DNA of 62,611 bases, counting the filler, from Sphacelaria rigidula (taxonomy: Eukaryota): NCBI GenBank assembly GCA_964200075.2. It is 10 parts of 10 records of this genome, joined end to end, with 100 filler letters (N's around TTAATTAATTAA, not from the genome) between each part and the next. Parts side by side here need not be neighbours in the genome. Positions count along the whole stretch, not along the records: positions 37,628 to 43,798 come from CAXNAA020021764.1; positions 43,899 to 50,069 come from CAXNAA020021765.1; positions 50,170 to 56,340 come from CAXNAA020021766.1; 7 more parts are not named here. One strand, written 5' to 3'. Both the position numbers and the translations under genes were made by a program. This document shows, piece after piece, positions 39,901-52,635 of this stretch. Within the stretch, counting starts at the first letter, position 1. Each line of letters begins with the position of its first letter. The notes below the pieces were generated by a model that was given only the letters and a program-made list of their open reading frames with translations, was not told where the DNA came from and did not search any database.

Positions 39901-40912
39901 GGTATACGGGGTATCACAACAGGCCAGCGTCCATCTGGTGTCCCAATACTGAAGATACAATGTGGGCAAGGAAGCGAGCGCAATCGTGCCACTTGAAGCT
40001 TAGGGCACCTACAATAACAGCCACTTACAGAATGTTTCCCAGAAGAACGACCAGTCGTCAGCACAACTACTCGCGATCACGAAGCTTATATAGAAGTTGA
40101 CGGCTGAGGAAGGAAAAGAGTCTCTGGCGGCAGCCGGCACCTTCTACGATAGCCCCCCCCGCCCCGAAAGTGCCTGGTTGGGGGAGGCAAATTTCCCCCG
40201 TAAAACGAAATGGAAAAAGCCGAGCACAACGAGCAGCTGGGAATTCCCACGCTTGTGTTCGTGCTCGCCAATGTCGCCCATATGAGGCGCTCCATGCAGC
40301 TTGAACTCAAACATCAGGCGCTGTATGACCATTTGTTTCGTGACACTTTCGGGCTGGTTTTGGGGTGTACTCATGATCATGCATGCCATAGTCATCAGAC
40401 CATTGTCTTCGGGCTGGTGTTGGGGGGGGACTATCGTGGAAAGTGTAAGCCCATGTTCATAGTGGAGATACCGGGAGAGTGTCTTGCGCCGAGACCGTGG
40501 ATACTGGTGCAGATGATGCAAGCGGAACTGGCTCAGCAGTGGCGGAGGGCTTTGTACAAGAGGTGCGATGAAGTCTTGACTTCAGGATGGGGCGGACAAT
40601 GCATAAAATAAGCCATGTTTGGTGGGGACCACAGTAGTCGGTCGAGGGAGATGCTCTCGCTGCTGAGCAGGAACAGGGAGCGCACACATGCCTCGCTACG
40701 AGAGGATGATATCATCGTCGAGTCCCTCGACATGCCGCGTCTCACTGCATCGTTCGGCATGACCGAAAATAGTCCACGCTCAGGACGTGTTCGCCGTGCC
40801 GTTCAGTAACGTTGCAACACAGGCCGTGAAGAACATCGTCATCGTAGCGGGAAGTCCGAGTGCAGCGTAGGGAAATCTACGAGAGAGGTTCGACTCACAG
40901 GCCATCCAAGCG

Positions 40913-41396
40913 GTGAATCAACAAAAGAAGAAGAACGGCAGCCGATTCCGTGCGATTGATGATCCAATTGAGCTCGATGCCGACATCAAGGTCATGCAGG
41001 TCAACGTGCGGGCACTTTCTCCGTCCCAGGCATCCAGACGGGAAGCTGTAAGCGTCCGTATTCTAGCGGCCGTGGGATCCAATTCTGACCATGCTATCGA
41101 GACTCGTACGATGGGATTTGAGCGGAGTGTCAGCCGTGCGGAGTAGGTACGCACCATTGCGTCCCGCTATCGCTAACTACAGGAGATTTCGGCGGTGATA
41201 ATGGTGGAGATTCGGTCAGCGAAGAAGGCTGCTGGGGCGACGAAAGCTCTTCTTGTGGTGAGCAACGACCGGAAAGGTGGGAGGAGAAGAAAATTGAGGT
41301 GCTGGACTTGTGGAGAGTTGAGCCATAGAATATTGGAGTGCAAAGCCGTCTGCACAACGTGCGGTGGAAAGGGTCACGGTGCATAAAAGTGTCCCT
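40913..41396 (+). mobile_element. Decayed retrotransposon gag with two CCHC zinc knuckles
   Basis: CWTCGELSHRILEC and CTTCGGKGHGA*KC in one frame interrupted by stops; cut off by a G-run and a LINE end. Confidence 0.7.
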
Positions 41397-41512
41397 TTTA
41401 CAACAAGGTGGGGAGAGGGCCGGGGGGGGGGGGGGGGGGGGGGGGTACTCACTCGCTGCTTGCCTTAGTCGTTTGGCCATAACCCACGCAGTCCCTTTTG
41501 AGACGGAGCACT

Positions 41513-41555
<43 letters not shown>

Positions 41556-43051
41556 CAACGCTCAGATGAAGGGAGGGTTTGCCTGTATCAGCGCTACACA
41601 ACCAGGTGGCAATCGGACACGGGAAACCAATCACCACAACACTTTCGGGATGAACCCCAGTGACTGCACCCTCTCTGAAGCGTCGTAGCTGCAATATCCC
41701 GCTCTGAAGGACATTTCTTGAAGGCGGGTTTGATCTGGCTATGGGGGCTCACTCATGTCTGGGTTGGACCTTGGGATGACCTGTCAACACGGTTGGAACA
41801 GCTGAGGGGGCTCGGCCTGTTGCGCACAGGCATTGATATTGATGATCCGTCGTCCGACAAATGTTGCCCTTAAACTATCGCGAGGTGTCGAGAGGTGGAG
41901 GTTTTCGAACGTCCTTGGTTCACGGCATGATTATTGCTTTTACATGTTTCGTATCCTAGAAGTGGGAGTGAACAAAGACAAACGCACGGACCATTTAAAA
42001 ATGGCCCTGAGGCGTGTGTTTTAAGCTATGATGGACGATATCTCCGGAGAGTGAGGTGCGACTCTGTCACTCAAGGATTGCCGGTAGGAACCGACGCTCG
42101 AGTTAGAGGGTCGTGAAGGTTAGTACTGTCACTTGAGGGTAGGTCAAGTACAGTAATGACTTTTAGAGTATAGGCTGCAAGACGACTTTCAAACGTTAAG
42201 CTTGGTGCACGAAGATCCCACACTTGTCTTCAGGATGTTGTAATTTATCGTGTTGTCATTTCGGGGATGACCAAGTAAAAGTAACGCTCGTTAGAGTGTA
42301 GACTACGCAGTGCGTGCGTTGAAAATATTAATGGTTTGGCACAACAAGGCCCACGTTCGAGCTTGAACGTGGTAAAGTGTGATGCTGTACTGCCGTTCTT
42401 TAGAGTTGGTCAAACACAAGGGGCCGTTAGCCAAGAGCGTGGAGGTCAGTTTACCACTTGGGATGGTGAAGAAAGTTCTGAGAAAAAAATTGGTTCAGGT
42501 GAGGATGGTCCAAAATTGTTCTTTTCGCACATGAGCATGATAATATATAGAACCACACCCCGCAGATCTGTCCATCACCTCTGTGCGTGACAGTCTCGCA
42601 CGAATTGCGCCGCTTTTCAGCAGGAGCGAGCACACACAGCCAGGACACAGGACACACACACACGCACAATCAAGCACACACACTCGCATACACACACAAA
42701 CACTGCACGGCATTACTGCTGCTGCTGTTGCATTTACTGAGTTGCTACAGTTACGAGTTGGGAGGGGAAGACCTTCAGCTGAGTACTGCAATCTGTCTCC
42801 ATGTGTACCCTGTCGAGAGTAGCGAGGTTGCGCAGTGTACCTCCAGCTGCTGCAGTTGCTGTGAGGGTGGTTTAGCGCCGAGGTTAGAGGTACACGGTCA
42901 GATACGGCTCGAGTGTCTCTGTAAATTCTGCATCATCATACCACAGCAAAAGTGTGGGCCTACACCCAATACAAGAATGATTGGTCATTGGTAGCAGCGA
43001 TTGTCTGTAGGTACGTCAATTCCATACTGTAACAGACAAATCTATGAAATG

Positions 43052-43326
43052 AGGTTATACGATGAAATGAGGTTCAAGCCTAAAACAGTGATTTCCTCAC
43101 ACTTTCAGCGATGATTCCCGATGACTTCATTGCCGGCCTAATGACCCTCGATCGCGTAGACAATTCTTCAGCGCTGTAAGCTCACTCACAGAGTCGGTAA
43201 AAGGCGCGGAAAAATTATCTACGCAAGTGAGGGCCATTAGGTCGACAAAGAAGTCATTGCACACCATCGCTGCAAGTGTGGGGAAATCATTGTTTCGGGC
43301 TTGAACCTCATTTCATCGTACAGCCT
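43052..43326. mobile_element. Foldback MITE, possibly Harbinger-type
   Basis: About 100-bp arms TACGATGAAATGAGGTTCAAG... / ...CTTGAACCTCATTTCATCGTA; flanks TGA/TTA. Confidence 0.65.
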
Positions 43327-44140
43327 TATTTTTATAGAATTGTCTGTTCTGTAGTGGCGGGAATCATACCGTTCTGGCGGGAAATAAACGCAGCGGTAGC
43401 GGTAACTCCGTCCTCCGTCGAGGAGGCGGGCCTGTTGTCGAGGAACCCGGCGGGATGGCTCCGACCGGGGTTTTGTTCGGTCAACACTCAACACCCGGGC
43501 GACAGCGCTCATCCTTCGGCGGTACGTTCTGCACAATACGACTCTGCGCCTTCCATCGGACCATCCTATTGCTTACAATTGGATTTTGTTGTTGTGAACC
43601 GACACGGGTCTTTCGGGGCACTCCACGCGGTACTACTACATCGCAGGATGGGGCAAAACGCCGAATCAGACATGTCGCTTCTTACAGCGTAGGGGGGTCG
43701 GGGGCGGGGGCACGGAGGGGGTGCTAGTCGATCAGACGGTTTGGTCGGCGGAGGTGGTGGCAGGGGCGGTCGCGATAGAAACGGCGGCAAGGGGGTGGNN
43801 NNNNNNNNNNNNNNNNNNNNNNNNNNNNNNNNNNNNNNNNNNTTAATTAATTAANNNNNNNNNNNNNNNNNNNNNNNNNNNNNNNNNNNNNNNNNNNNCC
43901 ACACACGTTCCACGATCCTATTCTCAACTTCCTTTCCGAATTATCATCTGCTCTCTTATTGTCTCCCCTGGGGGGGAGGGGGTACTCTGAATGCAAGTAA
44001 TTAGGCTGTCAGACATGACTATATTTTCGACAATGGAGCTGGTTCACGTGTTGAGGGTGCCTCCTGGACTAGAAGCAAGGATAAACACTGTTTCCGAGAG
44101 ATTGACACGAGTTGAACGCGAGTCAGAAAGACCGAACTGA

Positions 44141-44501
44141 TGCGTGTGTGTTGTCATCCCATCTATTCTGGACGCCAGTCTACGCCTTTCTGTATATGTG
44201 GGCGCATCAGCCAGGGTTGCACAGAAAATTGGCCAATACACGAGTGTTTTTCGTCATTTGTTTTGTTTAATGCTCCACCTTCCTTCTGCGTTGCTTGCCT
44301 TATCGCGAGAGGGGTTCAGCATTCCCTTTCCCTCGTCGACCGTTAAGTCGAATTTTGTGTATCCACAACATAGTCGCTCTCCGCTGTTGGGTGTGATGTG
44401 AGAAAAAACCCAGATCGAGTGAGTTAACACCGTTATTCGAAGCCGCGACCCAACCGTCAGAATCTTCCGAGGTTAAGAACTGAGCCACCGGGGCGAGACC
44501 G
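44141..44501 (-). mobile_element. tRNA-derived SINE, family A
   Basis: Colinear with 8325-8687, including the head CCCCGGTGGCTCAG and CA-rich tail. Confidence 0.75.
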
Positions 44502-44839
44502 GTATGTGGTGATGAAAAAAACACGAATGAGGCAAATGATTTCTGGAGATACCCAGGGACCGCGTCGCGCCCTTCAGGAGAGGGGTAGCAAAATGTCAGG
44601 TTACCTCATCAGTTTTCCATGTGTACAATGTACTGCACATGACTCCAGCAGTTGGTGCAGCTGGCTGAAAAGGCCTTTGAGCTGCTTGTACGGAAGTAGT
44701 CTGCGAACATCTGAGGAAAATCTATCGGACCAAAAAGGGGGGAGTGTGCTGTGACTTCACCAAGTCCTCCCTCACCAGAATGCGCTTTTGAACTCTGATT
44801 CGTTTCATCGCTGTCGTACTTAACCGCCATCTTGTAGAG

Positions 44840-45900
44840 GGGTGAGGGTGGGGGGTGGGGGGCGTACTCGCTTGTTGCTTACCTTGGTCGTTTGACCATT
44901 GCACACGCATCCCTTTCGAGACGGAGCACCGTTCCTACTCCCAATAGAGGCACTTCCAATATTTAGTGCTCGTTACGTTTCTTCCATACACTACGCGAAA
45001 ACCTTTTACGCATCTTATCCCCGTCCTGTTTCGCCGTCTGTGGACACCATTTATCTCCTAGTATAGCAATCGTTTCCCACAGGCGCAATTCTGCGCATCT
45101 ACTTTCTCTTCACCCCGGCGACAGGTATCTCTTTCTTCTTTCTGGCAGGCCCAGGTCCCCCACCCGCGATCACAGTTTCAGATTTTTCGCAGCGTCCATT
45201 GGGCCATGCAGGTGTTTTCATCCCGATCACCTCTCTCAGCCCCCCGTATATCTCTAGGTGTTCTTCCTCGTCTACTTTGCGTCCGAGCGCTCATTTTCCA
45301 CTTATTTCTATTATGTATCTTACTTTCGTCTTGTACCCCGCGCCTTCACCTATGGACAGTATTTCGTCTTGGTTTTTTACTATCCCCTCCAATACTTTCT
45401 TGACTTCTCTATTCCACCTTATTTCCAGCCTGCCCTTTCGTTATTTTCCTCCATACAGCCCTATCAAGTATGGCTGGCAATCTCTTTCTCTGCACGTTCT
45501 TAACGCTACATTGCCATCTCACATTTCTCAAGTCTCTGTTTATTTTAAGGGGGTACATTCCCAACTCCGCTCTCAAAACTGTATTACTCGTCGTTTTCGA
45601 GCATCCAAGCATTTCCTTAGCTGCTGCAATCTGTACTGTTTCCAACTTCTTCACTAGCTTCACGTTCCCCTCCCACACCTACCCTGCATATTCCAGCTTT
45701 GGTATAATGACGTTCATCAGGATACATATCTTCATCTTAGTATTTAGATGCGAGTCTCTGAGGATCGCGTCCATCCTACCTTTGTGTGCCTTACCCTTTC
45801 CTATTGTTCAATTTATGTGTGCATCCCAAGAACAGTTTTTTTTTAATCGCTACGCCAAGGTATGTGTACTGGTCTACGCCCGGCAATTCTCCATTTCCAT
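44840..45900 (-). mobile_element. 5'-truncated, decayed non-LTR retrotransposon (end of RT to 3' terminus)
   Basis: YTYLG thumb motif, then ILMNVIIPKLEYAG*VW...KKLETVQ...LGCSKTTSNTVLRAELG. ORF ends GAPSRKGCVCNGQTTKVSNK just before a C-rich tail. Confidence 0.85.
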
Positions 45901-46247
45901 TTGAACTCTACTGGATTTTTCTTATTGTCGTTACAGACGGGTACCGCGCATTCGAAGGAGGGGGGGGGGGGGGAGCTGGACTGAGAGATGTGTAACCCCT
46001 TCTTGTTTTGACCGAAAACATTGATTACATCGTTTGGAAACCACCATCACGATCACCTCACCTCATCAGATCTTAACCGCCAAGTACTGCCATGGACTTC
46101 ATGGGAGTCATTTTTTGTTCAGATTAATTTTTATTTCAACGTGGATCCACACCACTTAGCTTTCGTAAAACATAGATTTTGCAATAAAAATCACATCTGG
46201 CTTCGCAGCCCCAATTACTGAGATGATTGTGGACCTGCATGACTCAC

Positions 46248-46371
46248 CATCTGGCAGTCTCATGACGGGAGTCTTGGCCAAGACTCCGCCTGCCGCAGCG
46301 GTCGACATCCAGCCACTGCCCACACAGGTCACCGCCACACGACGCAGCAAGTCTCCTCGCGACAACGCCTC
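46248..46371 (-). CDS. Probable second exon: thylakoid transfer peptide-like segment
   Basis: ttcaag|GAG...G|gtgagt, phase 0 matches exon 1. Encodes EALSRGDLLRRVAVTCVGSGWMSTAAAGGVLAKTP. Confidence 0.55.
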
Positions 46372-48273
46372 CTTGAAGAGTGTAGAAGGTTGCCGCATTG
46401 GTGAAGGAAATCAAGAGCCGAGATACGAAAGTGCATCGTAAGAGCCGAAATCGTTAGCGGACGCGAGGCCAAAAAAGCGCTTGGAGGAAGTGAAATTTTG
46501 GATGATGCGTTGGATTGAAGAGTCGATTGTATCGTTACCAGACGAGTTTCGAAAAACAAAGCACACTTGAACAATCGCAGCATAGATTGCAAGCGTGTAC
46601 AGGCAGGTAGGCAGTATACTACAGTGCAAGAATATAGCAATGTACAGTAGTAGAGGGGAGTACAGTATCTGAGATGGGAAATCTTGTTGAAGGCGATTTT
46701 TCCAGGTTTTTCGGTACCACCATTTTATCTCTGTGAACATTTGATATCAGAATTCCGGGATCAGGAGATATAAGTATCCACCTTAAACTTCGAAAAGAAA
46801 AACATTTGCTACGATCAATGTTGAACGACTTGCGGGTCAACCATCATTGAGGGACGTGCGACTGAACAGCCCCAGGTTTTGATTCTCTGGTGTTTTCATC
46901 CCATCGAACCAATCTTCATCTCTCTGGCGAACAATCGTACGTATCTTCTTCCTTGAATCTCTACGTACTCATTGCGCTAAACCCGAGAAACCGATTTAAG
47001 AGAGTCAATCTGGCGTGGTGCAATCAAAATCGATTTAAGCGAGAACTTGTCTTATTTCGGAGAATTTCTCTTAAATCGAACTTCTGAAAAGTGCCACGCA
47101 CAGCAGCTGCAGACCGATCACATCGACAGTGGGTGGATGGATTTTCTCTTGGGTGTGATTAGGTGGGTGGAGAGGTGGGATCGTGGGCTCGTATTGTAGA
47201 AGAGGTGTGGGCATGAAGTACAGCAATAACACATGAACACAACCTAGAGAGTGCATCCACGTGCAAAAATTGCATCACACGACACCATGATTTCTTTCAA
47301 ACACCCTGGTACCAGGTATCAGGTACTTGCGGCGGGGACATTGCTCGCCAACAGACAGATTAAGCAGTGTGTGAGCTAGCACAAGGTAGGGGCGTTATCT
47401 AACATGAATGGTATATGTCCTCACAAGCTCTTACGCAGTTAGTGGAAACGAGAGCATCCACTTTCACGGCCTTTCTAAATGACTACGTTTTAAGAGAACA
47501 TCCTCCTGAAATGAGATGCGGTTTTGAAGAAAACCGGATTTAAGAGAGAAAAACTGTTTTTGCCTATCTCTGTCTTAAACCGTAGCCACTACTGTTGTAG
47601 TGGACCACTGACCGTCAATAACACCCTCCTGGTAAACGGGGTTATACTCCGTATCGGTCCGACGGCACCATATTGAGAATAGCGTCCTGTGTACGACCTG
47701 CTTCTTTTTTCTAATTTTTACCGACTCTAGCACTCTCGAGTGATTTTGAAGAATTATTTGCAAAAACAATCCAATCGAGTGATTTTGCGACTCAGAAGCA
47801 TCCCGCCATGGAAGAAAACCTGCAGTCAGCTAGGGGATACTTCGGAACAATTTTCCAGTAACAACGGAGAACTAGCGCTCTGTCCATACTCATAGATCTA
47901 GATATCCACCAATGCACGCAGGCCTCGCAGTACGTGCGGTGCATACAGTGATGCGGGTCATATTCATGAACATACTTAGGTATCGAAAGTCTGAGTGGTT
48001 GGCTTGGGAAAGCTGAAATACGCGCAGCAGCACTGTACGGTCTACTGGGACAACAGTGAGGTCAAGGAAGGTAAGTGAACATGAAGCCCTGGTATCTGAA
48101 ATTACATGCGTACAGTACCCAATGAATGGTGCGAGCACGGTTCCAGATATCAGAGGATGCTGCAACAACAAGCGTACATGCCACCTCAAGGTAAGCTCAT
48201 GACAGTATCTGTATGAAGGAGCGTGGCCATGGGAGAACGGGTCGCGGCCTGAGCATGGACCGAGGGACCTCAC

Positions 48274-48444
48274 CTGTGCATCCTGTGCTCCCTGACTGGG
48301 ATGAGAGCTCATAGTCAGCTTTGTTGAAGACGGTGGGTGTGCCACAGAGCTTCTCAACCGGACAATCGGGGGATGGGCAACAAACGCGTTGACGGGGGAT
48401 AGTACTACCAAAAAAACGGCGGTGGCAGAAATCAGTCGGGCCAT
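48274..48444 (-). CDS. First exon of a nucleus-encoded plastid protein (bipartite presequence)
   Basis: MARLISATAVFLVVLSPVNA|FVAHPP is a signal peptide with an ASAFAP-type site, followed by an S/R-rich transit peptide. Donor CAG|gtgagg. Confidence 0.75.
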
Positions 48445-48682
48445 CCTGCCAGCTAGCGCAGAGTGCAACTCGAACTTCAGATTGCTGATATCCGGATAGC
48501 ACTAGTCTGCTGCACATGACTGAGAGATGACAGTCACACAATCTTTAATACGATGCACGTAACCGTCACTTTCGACTCGCGCCACCCACGACACAGAGCA
48601 CTCAGAGCTCCGACACGGCAACCTGGAGCACAGAACCCGCGGAGCTCCGACGTGATACGATATACCTGAGTGAAGCGCTATT

Positions 48683-49100
48683 ATGGCACCATGGGTCCAG
48701 GAAAAGTCTCCCTACAGCGCACTCAACGCACCGGGTACTACTACAAGACGGCACTCAGCGTCGTTAGATCGCGCTTCTTCCGCCAGCGCTGGACACTTGG
48801 GGTTGCGACCAGCGACATCTGCGAACGTCGCACACCCCAATGTTCTTGCTCATACTGCTTCTCGAAGTAGCAGCAGAACAGCCAATACACACTTTTCAGC
48901 GCCGTCGCATGAAGGGGGTGAAGGACGGATTCGAGGGTCTCGCTCCGCTCAAGGACTCGCAACCGTCGGTCTCGGCAATTTTAAGATCGGTGCTCTGCAT
49001 GATATGTTGAAGCACCCAGGAGATGGAGATGTAAACGCGGATGTTGATTGCGACGATGGTTTTTTTCCAGGAGGGCTCGATGTGCCTGACAGCTTCAAAG
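48683..49100 (+). CDS. Probable first exon of a divergently transcribed gene, unknown product
   Basis: ATG-initiated S/R/A-rich ORF of about 139 codons ending at AAG|gtggat. No motif recognised. Confidence 0.4.
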
Positions 49101-49496
49101 GTGGATGTCAAGTTTCGCGCCTGTTTGTCGCTTGTTGCGCTGTTGGTTGGGCTGCTGTCCTCATTCTCTACATAAATGATTGTACTTCGCAGACGTGACA
49201 ACCGCCTCAACACAATTTTTCGAACTTTGTTCTGAAAAGCGCAGCCGACGGACTGCCCCAGTGCAAAAAACGCGTGATGAACGATGAATTTGAATCAGGC
49301 ACAGCTTGCACGATCTCTGCTGACATTCGCTCGATACCTTCTTGAAATATGCCCACGCCTGCCCACACGCTTTTGAGGTGGTGCAGATATCTCTCCTGTA
49401 AAGTAATACACCGATATGAAACGTTTTCAGCGGCGGGTGTTACTACCCTGGTCGCCTCGTCACCCCCAAGAGTTCCTACAACTATCGTGAAAAGTT

Positions 49497-49830
49497 CAGG
49501 GGTCTACACGTTACACGTGACACAGCGTTACACGTTACGTTCACGCTACGTTTTGGCCGAAACGTAACGTGAATGTTTTTTTTTACGTGATGAACGTAAC
49601 GTGAACGTAACGTTAATTTTGCAAATGACACGTTGACGTGACGTTAATTTTTTTTAACGTAACTTACGCAACGTAACGTGAACGTCAACTTGCCCAAAGG
49701 TTCAAATCACGTAAATTACTATTGCGAAACGTTTCATGTAACGTGTCACGTCTCTTACACGTTACACGTGTATGAGGCGCTACACGATACACGTTACGTT
49801 ACATATTATGTTACACGTTACATGAAACGT
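49497..49830. mobile_element. ACGT-rich hAT-like MITE relative
   Basis: Starts CAGGGGTCTACACGTTACACGTG, as at 16420; right end not identified. Confidence 0.6.
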
Positions 49831-50716
49831 CATGAACACGTCGCATGAAGTCGTGAAACTTCAAGTTTGCAATGAATTTTAAAATCCTAGAAGGTTGCGC
49901 TTCATAAACACGAGTGAGTTTCAATGACCATGTTATAGGTATGGTACTATTGCAGCAATTTCACGCTCTCCCCACCTCACCTCACATTCCAAGTCATCCA
50001 AGGGTAGGTCGAGTAGAGTATACTCAATACTCAGTATTTTTGAAGAGTCATACTTTTAGTACTCAAAGTNNNNNNNNNNNNNNNNNNNNNNNNNNNNNNN
50101 NNNNNNNNNNNNNTTAATTAATTAANNNNNNNNNNNNNNNNNNNNNNNNNNNNNNNNNNNNNNNNNNNNCTCCTGCCGTTGCTCGAGCTCCTGATGTGCT
50201 GTGGGGGTGTTGGCCTTGGCTTTGCGAAGCTGCTCCTCCCGCTGCTGCTGCTGCTCCCGATGTTGATGTGTTGTCCATTGTAAAATCGATCAAGTGCCAG
50301 GGACTACTGTACTACTGAGGCTGCTGGCGTGTCGCTGACTGGTCAACTGGTCTCGAGTGATACTGTCTGCTTCTTTAGCGCTCTTGCACTAGACCAGTCT
50401 CGCCCGCTTGAACCAACTGTGCGGCATTTGCGCCTTGGACACGCGATCCCTTATATCTTATTTCAACTTCGGCATACGCTAGAGTACATCCGTTATAATT
50501 CGTCATCCGCCAACACAAACCTCGTATTCATACTGAATACACCCAGATTACCACTTGCGAGGGTGAAGAATAGCATTCTCGGAAAATTCGGGGTATCCGA
50601 CAGGTGGGAGGACAGGTGACTGTAATTGTTCTTTTCGCACACGAACCTGACATCTGAAACTGCACACACACGTAGGAATTCGCTTTCTGCCTGTTACCTT
50701 TGTTCGGGATCAACAG

Positions 50717-50947
50717 TGTGATGCGTGGGAGGACAGCATGCTTGGGGGACCGCATCGTAGTTCAAAACACCTCAGCCGCAGGATCGACGTTTTTCGACAC
50801 CGCCCGGACCAATCCTTGCAGGGCCGTGCAGACCCCAACCCTAACCCTAACTCTAACCCTAACTCTAACCCTAACCCTAACCCTAACCATAGGGATGTTC
50901 AAATTCCGATGTGGTCCTCTAAGCACGCGGTCCTCTCACGCATTACA
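50717..50947. mobile_element. Telomere-motif MITE with expanded (CCCTAA)n
   Basis: Same TIRs; about 8 CCCTAA/CTCTAA units at 50833-50888. Confidence 0.8.
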
Positions 50948-51119
50948 GAGCCTGCGGTGGTGCGGAGCACTGTACAGCAAGGAAAAAATCCGCAGGCTTC
51001 TTGCTCTACTGTTGGCGGCCAAGGCTTTTTTGCTTGTACAGTACTCCGCACCTCCACCACTGCTGTTGGCGGCTGCGGCTTTTCTACTTGCACGGTACTT
51101 CGCACTACCGCAGGCTCCC
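50948..51119. repeat. Small foldback element
   Basis: GAGCCTGCGGTGGTGCGGAGCACTGTACA...TGCACGGTACTTCGCACTACCGCAGGCTC. Confidence 0.6.
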
Positions 51120-51273
51120 TACATTCGTTTTTGCGGCTCCCGCTACTGTTGGAATTGCTCATGACTTCTTACGGATATTTTCGCAGTTCACAACGGATGC
51201 GCATTCACTGTCTAGTACCCACTCGCGCCTGCTGCCTGCACGGTTCAGCTTATATGTCCGAAACGATGCGCGT

Positions 51274-51484
51274 TGTAATGCGTGAGAGGACCGCGTGCTT
51301 AGAGGATCGCACCGTTGTTCAAAACACTTCGGGATCGACGTTTTTCAAAACCAATCGGGCCAGTCCCTGCAGGTACCACGCCCCTGACCATAATCCTGAC
51401 ACTCACCTTAAACCTAACCCTAACCATAGGGATGTTCCATTTTCGATGCGGTCCTCTAAGCACGCGGTCCTCTCACGCATTACA
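51274..51484. mobile_element. Telomere-motif MITE with perfect 5-bp TSD
   Basis: CGCGT|TGTAATGCG...CGCATTACA|CGCGT. Confidence 0.9.
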
Positions 51485-51811
51485 CGCGTCCCCGCATGTC
51501 GGGTGTTCTCGGAACGATTTGCGGACATGTGCTATGTCGATATTGCTCTCCTTGGTATGCCTTGCACACGCACAACAAGATGCCTGGAACAAGCGCGAGG
51601 TTTTCTGGCGCGACCGTGAAGGCACCACAGTCCGAAAACACCATCCAGCCTTATGATTTACGACGTGGGATACCACCCTGGTCCGCTTTGCAGCTTGACG
51701 CTTGTACGGGTGCAAATATGAATATGAGAGTCACGATTACAGACTCAAGATCGTCGAGGAGCTCGTGATAATAGTTTGCTCTTCGGATCGCTGACTCCTC
51801 CACTCAAGTCT

Positions 51812-52635
51812 TTCACTACGAGCAATGACTGGAGTGCTCGCCCTATTGGTTTTTCCACAACCAGAAATGACTCGAGTACTCGCCTTCTTGATTTTTCCAC
51901 AACGAGCAACGACTCGAGTATACTCGTCCTCCTACTTTTTCCACAACGAGCGAGTCAGGCTACGATATGGTGAGGGCATTTTGGGCCGTTTTCTTCCACG
52001 AAATTCTACTTGCAATCGTGGTTGGTGGCAGCAACGATAGTTCGGACGCGCTTGCTTTCGATTTGTAACGCTTTATCGTACTGTTTGACATAGCTGTTAC
52101 CCAAATACAGGCGCACCGCGAGTGTGTTGGATCATCTGACGCACCTATGAGCCCATTTTTACGTGGAATCGCACCCCCCCCTCCCTATCGTAGGATGACT
52201 TGAGCAACGACTCGGGCACTCGCCCTTCTGGTGTTCCTACAACGAGTAATGACTCGAGTACTGGCCGTATTGATTTCTCCGCAACGAGCAATGACTCGAG
52301 TGCTCGTCCCGTTGGGTTTTTCATAACGAGCAACGACTCGAGTACTCGCCTTATCGATTCTTCTCCGACGAGCAATGACTCCCGCACTCATCCGAATACC
52401 TTTTCACAACTATCAATGACTCAAGTCCTCACTCCACTGGTTCTTCCACAACGAGCAATGACTCGAGTACTCGCCCTATTGGTTTTTCGGCAACGAGCAA
52501 TGACTCGAGCACTAGTCTTGATTTTTCCACAACGAGCAACAACCCGAGTACGCGCCCTATTGATTTTTTCACAACAAGCGATGACTCGAGTACTCGTCCT
52601 ACTTGTTTTTCTACACCGAGCAATGATTCGAATGG
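51812..52635. repeat. About 42-bp minisatellite in two blocks (51812-51950, 52195-52635)
   Basis: Unit ACAACGAGCAATGACTCGAGTACTCGCCCTATTGGTTTTTCC, diverged copies. Confidence 0.85.

Noticed and set aside
50833..50888. True telomeres (also 6392-6437)
   Set aside because: Short internal tracts enclosed within repeated element sequence.
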